A DNA stretch of 64,000 nucleotides, taken from positions 1 through 64,000 of the IMG/VR virus record IMGVR_UViG_3300023180_000042. The stretch is one strand, 5' to 3'. A program made the position numbers and the translations under genes. This document shows positions 19,794-30,325 of this stretch, piece after piece (within the stretch, counting starts at the first letter, position 1; each line of letters begins with the position of its first letter). The DNA comes from a virus. The notes beneath the pieces were generated by a model, which did no database searches, had not been told where the DNA came from, and saw nothing but the letters and a program-made list of their open reading frames with translations.

Positions 19794-20945
19794 ATGTCAG
19801 TACAAGTAGGAAACAGGACATTAGTAAGCAAGATAACGTACGGTACACCTTATCGTACTGCTGTCATTTCTGCTAGTGCCGACATTGATGCAATCACAGG
19901 TCTTGTCACATCAGGTGCAGTAGACGGCTCTCTCTTTGAATACGACTCAGCGTCAGGCAACTGGAAAGCCACGTTAACACTTCGAAAGCAGATTATCGAT
20001 GGTCGTGTTTATCCGTCTGACTCAGATCGTGCACAGATTCTTATTCGGCGCTCGGGCACTCAGGGCGATCCACTTGTTTTAAGAACAGGTGAATTAGCAT
20101 ACTCATATCTTTCAGACTCTGGTAGTTCCGCAGACGGCTTCGGCTTAGGCGGTGATCGTCTGTTTATTGGTGCTGGCGGCGATTCGTCAGTTGCGGGTGT
20201 ACTACAAGCAGAGCGCATCGATGTAATCGGTGGTAAGTATTTTACTGATCTACTGAATCATCCACATGGTGTGCTAACTGCTTCTAGTGCGATTATAACA
20301 GACTCCGAAGGTAAAGTCAATACTTTAAAAGCTGGCTCGCTAGAACTAGACAGTGCTACGCTGGGTAGACTGGCGGTATCTGATTCTGCAATCTTTAACG
20401 ATCTGCAAGTTCTTGGCACACAAACCATTGTAGAAATTATTGCTGATCGTATCAACGTTGACAACCTCACTGTTGATAGTAGTCTGAGTGTTCTAGGACT
20501 AGCCTCGTTCAACGACAGTGCAACCTTTGCTGGTAAAATTACTGTAAGTGGTGCTGGTGTATTTGATGATACACTCGATGTAGCAGGACTTACCACACTC
20601 GATTCTGCTGTTATAAACAATCTGAGGGTTGATTCTAGCCTTGAAATTCCTGGCTCATTGACCATTGCAGGCACTACTACGTTTGACTCTACTGCAACGT
20701 TCAATGGTGAAGTCAACATTGGCGAAAGAACACTAAGCGAGTTTATTGATAGCGATGTGTTCCAATTGTTACGTGCAGGTCAGGCTATCATCTTAACATA
20801 TGCAGATGATAGTGACAAATTAACGATTTCAGTTCCAACAGCTACGGCTAATACACCTGGAGTTGCGTTCTTCGACTCAGCGCAGTTCACTGTCGATTCA
20901 AACGGTCAGGTTTCATTGCTGGAATTTGAAGGCGGTGACTTTTAA
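19794..20945 (+). CDS. Tail fibre-like structural protein
   Basis: ILIRRSGTQGDP..LRTGELAYSY..GGDRLFIG fibre-attachment motif followed by beta-rich repeats; DS-rich. Confidence 0.65.
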   Translation: MSVQVGNRTLVSKITYGTPYRTAVISASADIDAITGLVTSGAVDGSLFEYDSASGNWKATLTLRKQIIDGRVYPSDSDRAQILIRRSGTQGDPLVLRTGELAYSYLSDSGSSADGFGLGGDRLFIGAGGDSSVAGVLQAERIDVIGGKYFTDLLNHPHGVLTASSAIITDSEGKVNTLKAGSLELDSATLGRLAVSDSAIFNDLQVLGTQTIVEIIADRINVDNLTVDSSLSVLGLASFNDSATFAGKITVSGAGVFDDTLDVAGLTTLDSAVINNLRVDSSLEIPGSLTIAGTTTFDSTATFNGEVNIGERTLSEFIDSDVFQLLRAGQAIILTYADDSDKLTISVPTATANTPGVAFFDSAQFTVDSNGQVSLLEFEGGDF

Positions 20946-20980
20946 TAAATAGAACAATATCGGTAGGATAGAGACTTAAC

Positions 20981-23900
20981 ATGGCAATAACAAAAATTAT
21001 CCATAAAAAGACGAGTGTCCCGGAGAAACGTCCGGGCATCGCCGATATCGAGCTTGGTGAAATTGCGATCAATACGTTTGATGGCAAGATGTTCATCAAA
21101 CAAGATAGAAATGGTGAGGTTGACATTGTTCAAGTCGGTGACGATCCTACACCCAACGTATACTATGTTTCTAAATCAGGTAAGAATGGAAACTTAGGTA
21201 CGTCTCTTTCTGATGCATTCCGCACAATTGACTCTGCTGTCGATCTTATCACAACACTCAAAGATTTTGATTTTGACGAAGGTATTTGTCGAAGAGACTT
21301 GGGTCTCATTCTTGATGGTCTACAGTTTGATATTGCTTTTGGAACAAACTATAACGCAGTAACGTCTGGTCTCGCATATCAAAGAGGCAGTGTAAGTGCG
21401 GTCAAAGTTATTGAAGAGCAAATCGTTGCTACACGAAGTGCATTCAACGAAGCAAAGGGTGCTATCGCTTCCCTAGATCCTGTTAAAGCAAGCACTGGCG
21501 ATGATGGTGCACTTGCAAGAAATGCTAGACACTGGGCAGAGGTTGTTGATATTCTTGTCAACGGAACGCAAAGCACAGAAAACTTTGCTGACTCTATCGA
21601 ATATCCAGTTCCTGTTGTTCTGCCTACAGCAGACGCAGATGATGCGGCTGTCATTCTACAGAACAACCGTGAGTATCTAAAGAACGAATTAGTCCAGTAC
21701 ATTGCAGAGAACTTCCCTGCTCTTACTTATGACCGAGACTTGTGTTCGCGTGACACAGGATACATCATCGATGCTGTAACGCTCGATTTGATGCTCGGTA
21801 CAAACTTCAACTCCGTCACTGCGGGCTCTGCATATTATAGAGGAAATGCATCTGCGCAGTTGGTGATCAGTGATCAGCTAGAAGGAACAGTTGGTGCAAT
21901 CAACGAATTAGGTCGTTTGATTGGCGAACTTGCCATCGACTCTGATTCTCGGGTAAATGTTACAAGCAGTATTGCAGAGATTACTGACATTATTAGCAAC
22001 GGTCTTGATGGTGCTGATGCGTTTACTTATCCTGCGGCTCCTGCATCTACAGCAAATCAACAAACAGCCGCTACTGCAATTCAGTCTAATCGAACAGCAA
22101 TCATCAACTCGACGATTGCTTGGATCGACAGTAACTATCCAGCATTGTCTTACAACTCTGCTACTTGTGGTCGTGACGTAGGATTTGTACTTGACGGCTT
22201 GACACACGATATTCTCTATGGTGGTAACTATCAGTCTCGTAGAAGTGCTGATGCATACTTCTCTAATGCTGTAAGTCAGTTGGGCGATTCTGAAACATTA
22301 CCTACTGTTGCGGCATATGACGAACTAAAGAACATCGTCAACACTTATGTCACAACTTCAACAGAGCAAGCCCGTGTCAACGACTTGATCGAAATTGTAA
22401 ACGAAGTTCTTGAAGCCGGTAATGTTGCTGTACTCAGACCTCTCGTTTATCCAAACTTTACAGGTATTGACGGCACAACAACTGCATCTTACAATTTGAT
22501 TCTAGCCGACTCTGCTAATCTTAAAGCGGGCGTGATTGCATATGCCGATCAGAATGGTCCTGCAACGTATGATCGTGTTCGCTGTAAGCGAGACGTTGGT
22601 TTCATCGTAGACGGCTTGACATTTGACGTTCTGTATGGTGGTAACTTTGCGAGCGATATTGTTGCACGTGCATACTTCTCGTTTGGCACAAATCAGTTGG
22701 GAGACAGTGCTTCTGATCCTGAAGTTGTCGCGACAGTATCGACTTATCAGCACCTGAAGCAGATTGTTGACGAATTGCTTTCTAACAGCCTGTCTTCTAA
22801 TTTGTACGAGCAAGGAACTTGGCCAGGTGCTGGTGTTGGTCCTGACTCTTCTGGTAATGGCGGTAACTACTCTACTGCAACTGAAGCGCAGGTCACAAAT
22901 GACTTGCTAGACAATTTGATCACTGTTATTACAGAGGGAAGTCTTGCCAGTATCGATTCTGTACAAGAGCCTAGCCTTGCGGCTCGTGCTGTTCCTATCG
23001 AGTTAAGAAACGCTGTTCAGTCTATTAACGACGAACGAAACCTCATTATTACTCAATCAGTACAGCGAGCGCAAGCTACAAATGATATTACAATTTATCT
23101 CAAGTCGGGTGATTATGTAATTAATAACCCAATTCAGCTACCTGAGAAGGTTGCTATCGTGGGCGACAACTTGAGAACAACGACGATTCGTCCGTTTAGC
23201 GTAGACTCTGATTTGTTCTATGTGAGAAGCGGATGTTTCTTGAAAGACATTACGTTCCGAGATCATCAAAGCGGAGCGGCTTGCGTAGCATTTAACCCGA
23301 ACGTTGACTCGCCAAGAGCAGGTCCGTTTATTGTACAGTCTCCTTACGTACAGAACTGTACGTCGATTACTACTGACGGTATTGGTATGAAGATCGACGG
23401 TTCGAAATGTTGGGGTCTGCGTTCGATGGTATCTGACGCATTCACTCAGTACAACGCGGCTGGTACTGGCGTATATCTACTCAATCGTGGTTATGCGCAG
23501 TTGGTATCGATCTTTACGATTTCGACTGCAACATCTATTCTTGCTGAAACTGGTGGTCAGTGTTCTATCACTAACTCTAACACCAGCTTTGGTGACTTTG
23601 GTCTTATCGCACGAGGTAGTAGCCCAGTTCTTTACTCTGGTATTCTCGACTCTGATTATGCCAAGTTTGATGATGTGATGCAAGTGAATGAGATTATTAA
23701 TCTTGATTCGGCAGACTGGCTAAATCCATACGGCGAGTATAAGAAGCCGAACTATGGTGATGCGATAAAGTTTGACTCAGAAGATTACTATTACACATGT
23801 CTTGGCGTCGATTCAGTTGCACCTGGTGTTTATAACATCACATTCCAGCCACCGTTGAACCAAGACATGAGACGTAATCAGAAAATTAGTTTTGTTCAAC

Positions 23901-24190
23901 GTTCTGTTATCACATCATCTTCACACACGTTTGAATACGTGGGTGCGGGTACGAACACCTTTACTGCTATTCCTCAGAATGGTGGTATTCCTGATCCTAC
24001 AAAAGAAGTTATTTTCGATTCTGAGACGAACGAAGGTCTGGTGGTATTCACGAGTACGGACCAGCTGGGTGACTTTAGAATTGGTGCTGAACTGACAATT
24101 CGTAGACAGGCAGGTCGAATCGAGGGCGAGACGTTCGAAAGATCGTTGTACGCAATTCTAACTCCATACATTCTAGCACTAGAGGGTTGA
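20981..24190 (+). CDS. Virion protein: fibre N-terminal motif plus pectin-lyase-like beta-helix, interrupted by four helical CxRD repeats
   Basis: GEIAINTFDGKMFIK; YYVSKSG..AFRTI; ITIYLKSGDY..IVGDNLRTTTIRP; SPYVQNCTS; four C-x-R-D-x-G repeats. Confidence 0.65.
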   Translation: MAITKIIHKKTSVPEKRPGIADIELGEIAINTFDGKMFIKQDRNGEVDIVQVGDDPTPNVYYVSKSGKNGNLGTSLSDAFRTIDSAVDLITTLKDFDFDEGICRRDLGLILDGLQFDIAFGTNYNAVTSGLAYQRGSVSAVKVIEEQIVATRSAFNEAKGAIASLDPVKASTGDDGALARNARHWAEVVDILVNGTQSTENFADSIEYPVPVVLPTADADDAAVILQNNREYLKNELVQYIAENFPALTYDRDLCSRDTGYIIDAVTLDLMLGTNFNSVTAGSAYYRGNASAQLVISDQLEGTVGAINELGRLIGELAIDSDSRVNVTSSIAEITDIISNGLDGADAFTYPAAPASTANQQTAATAIQSNRTAIINSTIAWIDSNYPALSYNSATCGRDVGFVLDGLTHDILYGGNYQSRRSADAYFSNAVSQLGDSETLPTVAAYDELKNIVNTYVTTSTEQARVNDLIEIVNEVLEAGNVAVLRPLVYPNFTGIDGTTTASYNLILADSANLKAGVIAYADQNGPATYDRVRCKRDVGFIVDGLTFDVLYGGNFASDIVARAYFSFGTNQLGDSASDPEVVATVSTYQHLKQIVDELLSNSLSSNLYEQGTWPGAGVGPDSSGNGGNYSTATEAQVTNDLLDNLITVITEGSLASIDSVQEPSLAARAVPIELRNAVQSINDERNLIITQSVQRAQATNDITIYLKSGDYVINNPIQLPEKVAIVGDNLRTTTIRPFSVDSDLFYVRSGCFLKDITFRDHQSGAACVAFNPNVDSPRAGPFIVQSPYVQNCTSITTDGIGMKIDGSKCWGLRSMVSDAFTQYNAAGTGVYLLNRGYAQLVSIFTISTATSILAETGGQCSITNSNTSFGDFGLIARGSSPVLYSGILDSDYAKFDDVMQVNEIINLDSADWLNPYGEYKKPNYGDAIKFDSEDYYYTCLGVDSVAPGVYNITFQPPLNQDMRRNQKISFVQRSVITSSSHTFEYVGAGTNTFTAIPQNGGIPDPTKEVIFDSETNEGLVVFTSTDQLGDFRIGAELTIRRQAGRIEGETFERSLYAILTPYILALEG

Positions 24191-24193
24191 TAC

Positions 24194-24562
24194 ATGGCTA
24201 TCCCACTAAATACATTTAAAACGACAACTGCGGTAGTTCCGGAGGAACCCCCCGGCGGATTTACCGGGGATAGCGATGTCATCTACGTTGTTCCTGCGGG
24301 GATTACAGCAATTGTGCTTATGGCGCAGATTGCGAATCTAGACTCTGCTGAACACACAGTAACGTTCACTCACTATGATCGTGACGAAGTACTGAACACA
24401 GAACTTGTGAAGGATCTTCCTGTTCTGCCGAAAGACGCTGTTGGTGTGATTACTGGTAAGTTGATCGTAGAAGAAACAAATAGAGTTAGATGCTCGGGTT
24501 CTACTGGCTCAAGTGGCAAACTCAAACTAGTATTAAGTTATCTGGAATCTCTAAATGGCTAA
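24194..24562 (+). CDS. Small virion structural protein
   Basis: LNTFKTTT..IYVVPAGITAIVLMAQIAN..GKLIVEE..LKLVLSYLESLN pattern within the fibre cluster. Confidence 0.6.
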   Translation: MAIPLNTFKTTTAVVPEEPPGGFTGDSDVIYVVPAGITAIVLMAQIANLDSAEHTVTFTHYDRDEVLNTELVKDLPVLPKDAVGVITGKLIVEETNRVRCSGSTGSSGKLKLVLSYLESLNG

Positions 24563-25781
24563 ACGAATAGAACACGTTAGCGGACGTGTAAAACTAAGAG
24601 ATCCGAGTCAGTTAGATTCTGATCGCTTTATTTACATTACGCTAGATCAAGCGGAAGCAAACTTTGGACGACCTGATTCAGATCGTCTATTAGTCATTTC
24701 TAATGTCGATGGCACGAGACTGTTCACCGACGAAATTGCGCTGGGCGGTCTTGCTTTCAAACCCGGCTCGCTTGATTCTGCGGATTCTGCTTCGCTATAT
24801 GCTCTATTTGTTAAAGGCGATCCTTTCGACGGTACAGTTGATAGTGTTGCCGTCAAGAAACTTTCTGAAGCTTTCTTCGAAGAAGACACACTTGATACGG
24901 TCACAACTCGTGGCAATACTACGACAAACACAATCGATGTTGGCAGAGTTATTGCTGACAGTGCGTTTATTTCTGGTCGATTAATTGTAGGCGGTGATCT
25001 TCAGGTCAACGGCACAACTACCACGATCAATTCTACAGAACTGTCTATTAACGACAAGAACATTGTACTGGCTGACAGCGCCCTAAGTGCGGCAGCCGCA
25101 GACAGTGCAGGTATTACGGTTGCTGGTGCAAACGCACAAATTTACTACAAAGCCGCCAGCGACACATGGAATCTAAACAAAGCAACGATCTTTGACTCTA
25201 CCGTTGAAATCAACAACACGTTGACTCTTAACAATGTAGAAAGAAGACAGACGACTTTAGTTCTTTATCTTGATGAAATTACAGGTGAAGTAGTTGCAGG
25301 CGATCCTTCGGGTGATAGTGCAGAAGGTGCAATTGCATCGAAGCAGATACAAGTTGTCAATGTCAATGACAGCAACGAATATCATCCATTATTCGTACGT
25401 GATTATATCGGCATTGACAGTATCAACACTGATATTCAATTCACATACAATCCTGGTCTAGACAGAATTAGTGTTGGTCGACTTGAACTGAATCAACTCG
25501 ATTCACAAGAAGGCGTTACTCGATTCTTGGTACTGAACGATTCTGATCAGGTACGTTTTAGAAACTTAGGCGGTCTTTCTCTTCTCGACTCAGAAACAGA
25601 TACACTGCAAACTGTAACAAGACGTGGTGATTCTACTGATCAGCCAATTACCGTTAAGAAACTTACGACAGTTGACAGTGCATCAATTGGAGGCGACTTG
25701 CAGTTCCAAGGTGCACTCCGAGACGAACAAGGCTTCAGACTAGTAATCTATGATTCTGCTGGACTTGTGCTTTGGGGCTAA
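24555..25781 (+). CDS. Tail fibre-like structural protein
   Basis: GDLQVNGTTTTINSTELSINDKNIVLA and two DTL(D/Q)TVT(T/R)RG motifs typical of phage fibres; DS-rich. Confidence 0.65.
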   Translation: MAKRIEHVSGRVKLRDPSQLDSDRFIYITLDQAEANFGRPDSDRLLVISNVDGTRLFTDEIALGGLAFKPGSLDSADSASLYALFVKGDPFDGTVDSVAVKKLSEAFFEEDTLDTVTTRGNTTTNTIDVGRVIADSAFISGRLIVGGDLQVNGTTTTINSTELSINDKNIVLADSALSAAAADSAGITVAGANAQIYYKAASDTWNLNKATIFDSTVEINNTLTLNNVERRQTTLVLYLDEITGEVVAGDPSGDSAEGAIASKQIQVVNVNDSNEYHPLFVRDYIGIDSINTDIQFTYNPGLDRISVGRLELNQLDSQEGVTRFLVLNDSDQVRFRNLGGLSLLDSETDTLQTVTRRGDSTDQPITVKKLTTVDSASIGGDLQFQGALRDEQGFRLVIYDSAGLVLWG

Positions 25782-25793
25782 TAGGAGAAATCG

Positions 25794-26549
25794 ATGGCAT
25801 CACCTACAACACGCAACGAACTGATTGATTTTTGCTTGCGCAGACTCGGAGAGCCTGTGCTTGAAATCAACGTGGACGTTGATCAGATTGAAGATAAAGT
25901 AGATGATGCGATTCAAAAATATCAAGAGTTTCACAGTGATGCTACGATTCGAACTTATCTGAAGCACCAAATCACTGCGACTGATGTGGCGAACAAGTAC
26001 ATTCCTGTTTCGTCTGACATTATTTTTGTTTCGAAAGTATTTCCGATCTCTACTACATTCAGCACCACAGGTAATCTTTTTGATATTCGCTATCAGATGT
26101 TCTTAAACAATATGGGCGACTTCATTAATTTTGCTGGTGACTTATCTTATCTGTATCAGATGGAACAGTACTTAAGTATGATCGACATGCAGTTGCATGG
26201 TCATCCTCAAGTAACGTTCTCTCGTAGACAGAATCGTCTTTATGTGTTTGGCGATTTTGAAGACGAAGATTTGCAAGAAGGAGATTATTTGGTTGCAGAG
26301 ATTTATCAAACCATTGATCCCGAAACACATACAAGCATCTACAATGATATGTTTATCAAAGACTATACGACCGCTTTGATCAAACAACAATGGGGTGCTA
26401 ATCTCAGTAAATTCGAAGGTATGCAATTACCTGGTGGAGTTACGATGAACGGTCGTCAAATCTACGAAGACGCAACGGCTGACATTGAACGACTTGAAGA
26501 GAAACTGAGAAACGAACAAGAACTTCCGGTCGATTTCTTTGTAGGGTAA
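25794..26549 (+). CDS. gp13: Neck protein gp13
   Basis: LIDFCLRRLGEPVLEINVD..QIEDKVDDA and KQQWGANLSKFEGMQLPGGVTMNG. Confidence 0.95.
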   Translation: MASPTTRNELIDFCLRRLGEPVLEINVDVDQIEDKVDDAIQKYQEFHSDATIRTYLKHQITATDVANKYIPVSSDIIFVSKVFPISTTFSTTGNLFDIRYQMFLNNMGDFINFAGDLSYLYQMEQYLSMIDMQLHGHPQVTFSRRQNRLYVFGDFEDEDLQEGDYLVAEIYQTIDPETHTSIYNDMFIKDYTTALIKQQWGANLSKFEGMQLPGGVTMNGRQIYEDATADIERLEEKLRNEQELPVDFFVG

Positions 26550-26550
26550 G

Positions 26551-27438
26551 ATGGCGACGAATAGGTATTTCAGACAAGGTGCGACATCGGAGCAGATTCT
26601 CTATGAAGATTTAATCATCGAGTCTCTTAAGATATATGGTCAAGATGTTTACTACCTGCCTCGCGAGATAGTCAAAAGAGACACAATCTTTGGCGACGAT
26701 TCGACTTCGCGTTTTGATAATGCCTATCGATTAGAAATGTATATTGAAAACGTCGAAGGATTCGACGGCGAGGGTGATCTGTTCACAAAGTTTGGTGTAG
26801 AAATTCGTGATGCCGCAACGTTCATTGTAGCACGGCGTCGATGGAAAAGTCAAGTACAATTCTACGAAAATACTGATGAAAAGCCCATGTATCGTCCACG
26901 CGAGGGCGATCTGATCTATCTCACGCTGTCAGATTCTTTCTTTGAGATTACAAAGGTAGAGACTGAGAATCCATTCTATCAGTTAAAAGATTTGCCTGTC
27001 TTTAGAATTCGTGCAGAACTCTTTGAGTACAATGATGAAGACTTTGATACAGGTCTTGATCTCGATGACATTGAACAACAAGCATTCCAGAGACTGGTCA
27101 CATTTGATCTTGCGAACATGACAGGTAAATTTGAAGTGGGCGACACGTTGACACAGACAAATCCAAATGGCTTCACTATTACAGGTGATGTTGTGAAGAT
27201 TGATGCTTCGATTCCTTCGTCGTATAAAGTCTATATTGCTCACGCAGGCGCAGATGATGGTGCGTATCATACATTCAGTGCTGACTATCGTATTGAAAAC
27301 GAAGACGGTATTGGTGGAAAACCTTCTATAGTGAATCAAGAAATACTAGAAGAAGGTGCGCAGAACACAGACTTCGACACTGAAGCGTCTGGCATCATCG
27401 ATTTCTCTGAATCTAATCCGTTTGGAGATCCTGCATAA
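26551..27438 (+). CDS. gp14: Neck protein gp14
   Basis: EQILYEDLIIESLKIYGQDVYYLPR, KFGVEIRD, RPREGDLIY and the C-terminal DFSESNPFG. Confidence 0.95.
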   Translation: MATNRYFRQGATSEQILYEDLIIESLKIYGQDVYYLPREIVKRDTIFGDDSTSRFDNAYRLEMYIENVEGFDGEGDLFTKFGVEIRDAATFIVARRRWKSQVQFYENTDEKPMYRPREGDLIYLTLSDSFFEITKVETENPFYQLKDLPVFRIRAELFEYNDEDFDTGLDLDDIEQQAFQRLVTFDLANMTGKFEVGDTLTQTNPNGFTITGDVVKIDASIPSSYKVYIAHAGADDGAYHTFSADYRIENEDGIGGKPSIVNQEILEEGAQNTDFDTEASGIIDFSESNPFGDPA

Positions 27439-28820
27439 TGTTTGGCACTTACTTCTATCATCAAAGAATTCGAAAAGCAGTGGCTGTGTTTGGCTCGCTG
27501 TTTAATAATCTAAATGTTCTTAGAACAAATGCGGCTGGTGATATTATCAGTCAAGTTAAGGTGCCTTTATCTTATGCACCCAAGAGAGACTTTCTGGCTA
27601 GAATCGACGCAATGAACAACGGCGAAGAGGCTGAGCGTCAGATCGCAATCAAGTTGCCAAGAATGTCCTTTGAAATTATGTCGATGAACTACGATGCTAC
27701 TCGACAGTTACCTAAGATGAATAAGTGTGTGACGTTTCCTGATAACTTTTCGGGAAGTGCACAAGAGATTTACACACCAGTACCCTACTCGATTGGCTTT
27801 CAACTGAACGTATACGCAAAGTCGCAAGACGATGCACTACAAATTGTAGAGCAAATCTTGCCCTACTTTACGCCTCAGTACACCGTTACAGTCAAGCCAC
27901 TTTCTGATTTTGACACGAAAGAAGATACGCCGATCACACTAACTGGTATTACGTTCCAAGACGATTACGATGGACCATTAGAAGCGCGTAGAACGATTAT
28001 ATACACACTCGACTTTGAAATGAAGTTGAGTCTGTATAAAAATGTTTCGTCTTCCAGTTCGATCATTACACAAGCCACTGTTAACTTTTACGAAATTGAT
28101 AAGACTGATATTCTATCGTCTGTTGTTCTTGATTCGTTCACTACAGAAGGTCTGAGCGGTAAGATTGCAGAAGATGATGGTACGTTAACAAACAACAATT
28201 TTAAGATTCGATTTGCACCAAGAGAAATTACTTCAATAGAAGTGTCATCAAATCCACAGAATGGAACAGCCACAGCATCACTGACATCAAATACAACAAC
28301 CACAACTGGTCGTATTACTGCGAACGGTTCATGGTCTTATACACCGAACGCTGACTGGCACGGCACAGACACATTTACAATTCGTGCTAACATTACTGGT
28401 GGTGGTAGCGTAGAGCGTACAGTTACCGTTGTTGTTGGTCCGACTGAACGTGACACATTCGATCAAACTGAATTTATTAATGTTGGTGCAGGTGAGGCGT
28501 TCCTTGATATCTTTGTAGGAACAACCGATCAATTTGAAACGACTGGCGGCGTAACATATTCTATTGCCGCTGGTGGATATCCAAACCATGGTTCTTTGTC
28601 AGTAACCAACGCAAATACTGGCGAATTTAAATATATACCAGATGCAGGCTTTGATGGCTCAGATAGTTTTGTTTACAGAGCGACTCCAGCTGGCGGCAAG
28701 TCTGAAGTAGGAATTGTTTCTATTACCGTTGTTTCAACAGCAAACATTATGGCGGCTGAAAACGGAGAAATCTTAACAATCGAACAAGCTTCTGATGACA
28801 TCTTAGAACTAGAACAATAA
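27438..28820 (+). CDS. gp15: Tail sheath stabiliser/terminator gp15 with C-terminal tandem Ig-like domains
   Basis: MFGTYFYHQRIRKAVAVFGSLFN, VPLSYAPK, LPRMSFE, QIVEQILPYFTP; extension with two YTPNADWHGTDTFT / YIPDAGFDGSDSFVY repeats. Confidence 0.9.
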   Translation: MFGTYFYHQRIRKAVAVFGSLFNNLNVLRTNAAGDIISQVKVPLSYAPKRDFLARIDAMNNGEEAERQIAIKLPRMSFEIMSMNYDATRQLPKMNKCVTFPDNFSGSAQEIYTPVPYSIGFQLNVYAKSQDDALQIVEQILPYFTPQYTVTVKPLSDFDTKEDTPITLTGITFQDDYDGPLEARRTIIYTLDFEMKLSLYKNVSSSSSIITQATVNFYEIDKTDILSSVVLDSFTTEGLSGKIAEDDGTLTNNNFKIRFAPREITSIEVSSNPQNGTATASLTSNTTTTTGRITANGSWSYTPNADWHGTDTFTIRANITGGGSVERTVTVVVGPTERDTFDQTEFINVGAGEAFLDIFVGTTDQFETTGGVTYSIAAGGYPNHGSLSVTNANTGEFKYIPDAGFDGSDSFVYRATPAGGKSEVGIVSITVVSTANIMAAENGEILTIEQASDDILELEQ

Positions 28821-28832
28821 CGAGGAATAGAA

Positions 28833-29567
28833 ATGGCAACTGTAAAAATATCGCAACTGGCACCAATGATCGGGACTCCTGATAGCGATGATTTTATTGC
28901 AATCGTTGACGCCAGTTTGTCAGAGACAAAAAGAATTCTGGTCAGTGATTTTCTTTCAGGAATTGATAGCGTTGCGAATGCAACATTTGCCATTCAAGCC
29001 ACTTATGCTGATAGCGCACTTGATGCTAGATTTGCAGTTGTAGCAAATAGAGCATTTGTCGCTGATAGCGTTGCAGTTGCGGCTTCGGCATTAACTGCTG
29101 ACGCCGCTGACAGTGCAACAAATGCAACGAATGCAATCCTTGCTCTAAGGGCAAACAGTGCTGACAGTGCGACAAACGCAACTTTCGCTAATTATGCTCA
29201 ACGGGCTGAAACTGCCGACAGCGCCACAACAGCCGCTTTTGCATTCAGAGCGGATTACTTAACGTTAGATAGTGTTGGTAACGCCACTTTCGCATTTACT
29301 GCTGACAGTGCAAATAGAGCAACGCGAGCAATTTTTGCTGATCGAGCAGGATTTGCAGATTATGTCAGTCAAGATAGCGACCTTATTTGGGGCGCCGCGG
29401 CGCCATCATCTGTTGATAGTGCACTTGATTATTTGAAAAACAATCTGAATGCTTATTCTACTGACAGTGCTGCCCTCTGGACTGGTTCAGCACCAACAAC
29501 GATTGATAGTGCTTTAGACAGATTGGCACTTGTTGTTAGAACATTGAATGGCGGTACTGGCGCATAA
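28833..29567 (+). CDS. Ala-rich fibre protein (KISQL N-terminal family)
   Basis: MATVKISQL..D.DFIAIVD..TKRI start followed by A-x-x-A-D-S-A repeats. Confidence 0.6.
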   Translation: MATVKISQLAPMIGTPDSDDFIAIVDASLSETKRILVSDFLSGIDSVANATFAIQATYADSALDARFAVVANRAFVADSVAVAASALTADAADSATNATNAILALRANSADSATNATFANYAQRAETADSATTAAFAFRADYLTLDSVGNATFAFTADSANRATRAIFADRAGFADYVSQDSDLIWGAAAPSSVDSALDYLKNNLNAYSTDSAALWTGSAPTTIDSALDRLALVVRTLNGGTGA

Positions 29568-29571
29568 CCTA

Positions 29572-29579
29572 TATAAATA
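29572..29579 (+). promoter_or_regulatory. T4-type late promoter TATAAATA
   Basis: Exact intergenic motif. Confidence 0.8.
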
Positions 29580-29608
29580 AGAGAAAGATTTTCAATTGAG
29601 GATATAAA

Positions 29609-30322
29609 ATGGCAATTGCAGGCGTTAAAATATCGAGTCTTCGGGAGCTGACTAATGCCGAAGATAATGATTACATCGTCATCAATGACTTTAGCACGAC
29701 CACTACTAAGAAGATTAGTAGGGAAAATTTTCTTAGGAACTCTACTAACGTAAGAGACTCTGGTGAGAATGGCGCGTTTATCCAAACGCTTACGTGCAAC
29801 TCCCTTGACGTAAACGTGGATGCGGCTATTAATGGATCGACAACTATTGGTGCTGATCTTAGTGTTAATGGCACCATTACTTTTGATAATCTAAAAGACG
29901 CTGTTGAGAACATTATCATCACTAAGTTTGTTGATGAAGCGGACGGTATTTCGTCTAATGACGATGACGTTTCTATTCCTACATCTGCGGCTGTTAAAGA
30001 TTACGTCGATGGTGCTGTATCTGACCATCGTGCAAAAATTGTACATGGCGAAACTCAGAATGGTTTGAGTCTTGTCAATCAACTGAAAGTCTATCAAACA
30101 GAATATGTAAAAGAAGTAGGCGCCTTTGAAGAAGGAATCTTTGATTCGTTAATTGCACATGAGGTACAAGAGATTGTTCCTTATGTTGTGCTTGGTGAAA
30201 AAGATGCTGTACATCGTGACGGTAAGCCTAACTATCAGAAAATTAATTATCAGAAATTGGTACCCATATTGATCACTGCTATTCAGGAGTTGTCAAGACA
30301 AATTGAAGAACTTAGGAGCTAA
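29609..30322 (+). CDS. Short fibre protein with C-terminal peptidase S74 intramolecular chaperone
   Basis: SDHRAK (S-D-x-R-x-K autocleavage motif), then LIAHEVQEIVPYVV.G.KDA..YQKLVPILITAIQELS; KISSL N-terminus. Confidence 0.75.
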   Translation: MAIAGVKISSLRELTNAEDNDYIVINDFSTTTTKKISRENFLRNSTNVRDSGENGAFIQTLTCNSLDVNVDAAINGSTTIGADLSVNGTITFDNLKDAVENIIITKFVDEADGISSNDDDVSIPTSAAVKDYVDGAVSDHRAKIVHGETQNGLSLVNQLKVYQTEYVKEVGAFEEGIFDSLIAHEVQEIVPYVVLGEKDAVHRDGKPNYQKINYQKLVPILITAIQELSRQIEELRS

Positions 30323-30325
30323 ACA

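Noticed and set aside
24240-24272. GC-rich inverted repeat CCCCGG..CCGGGG inside a small structural gene
   Set aside because: Short 6-bp stem with no U-tract, encoding a PPGGFTG loop; no support for a regulatory role.
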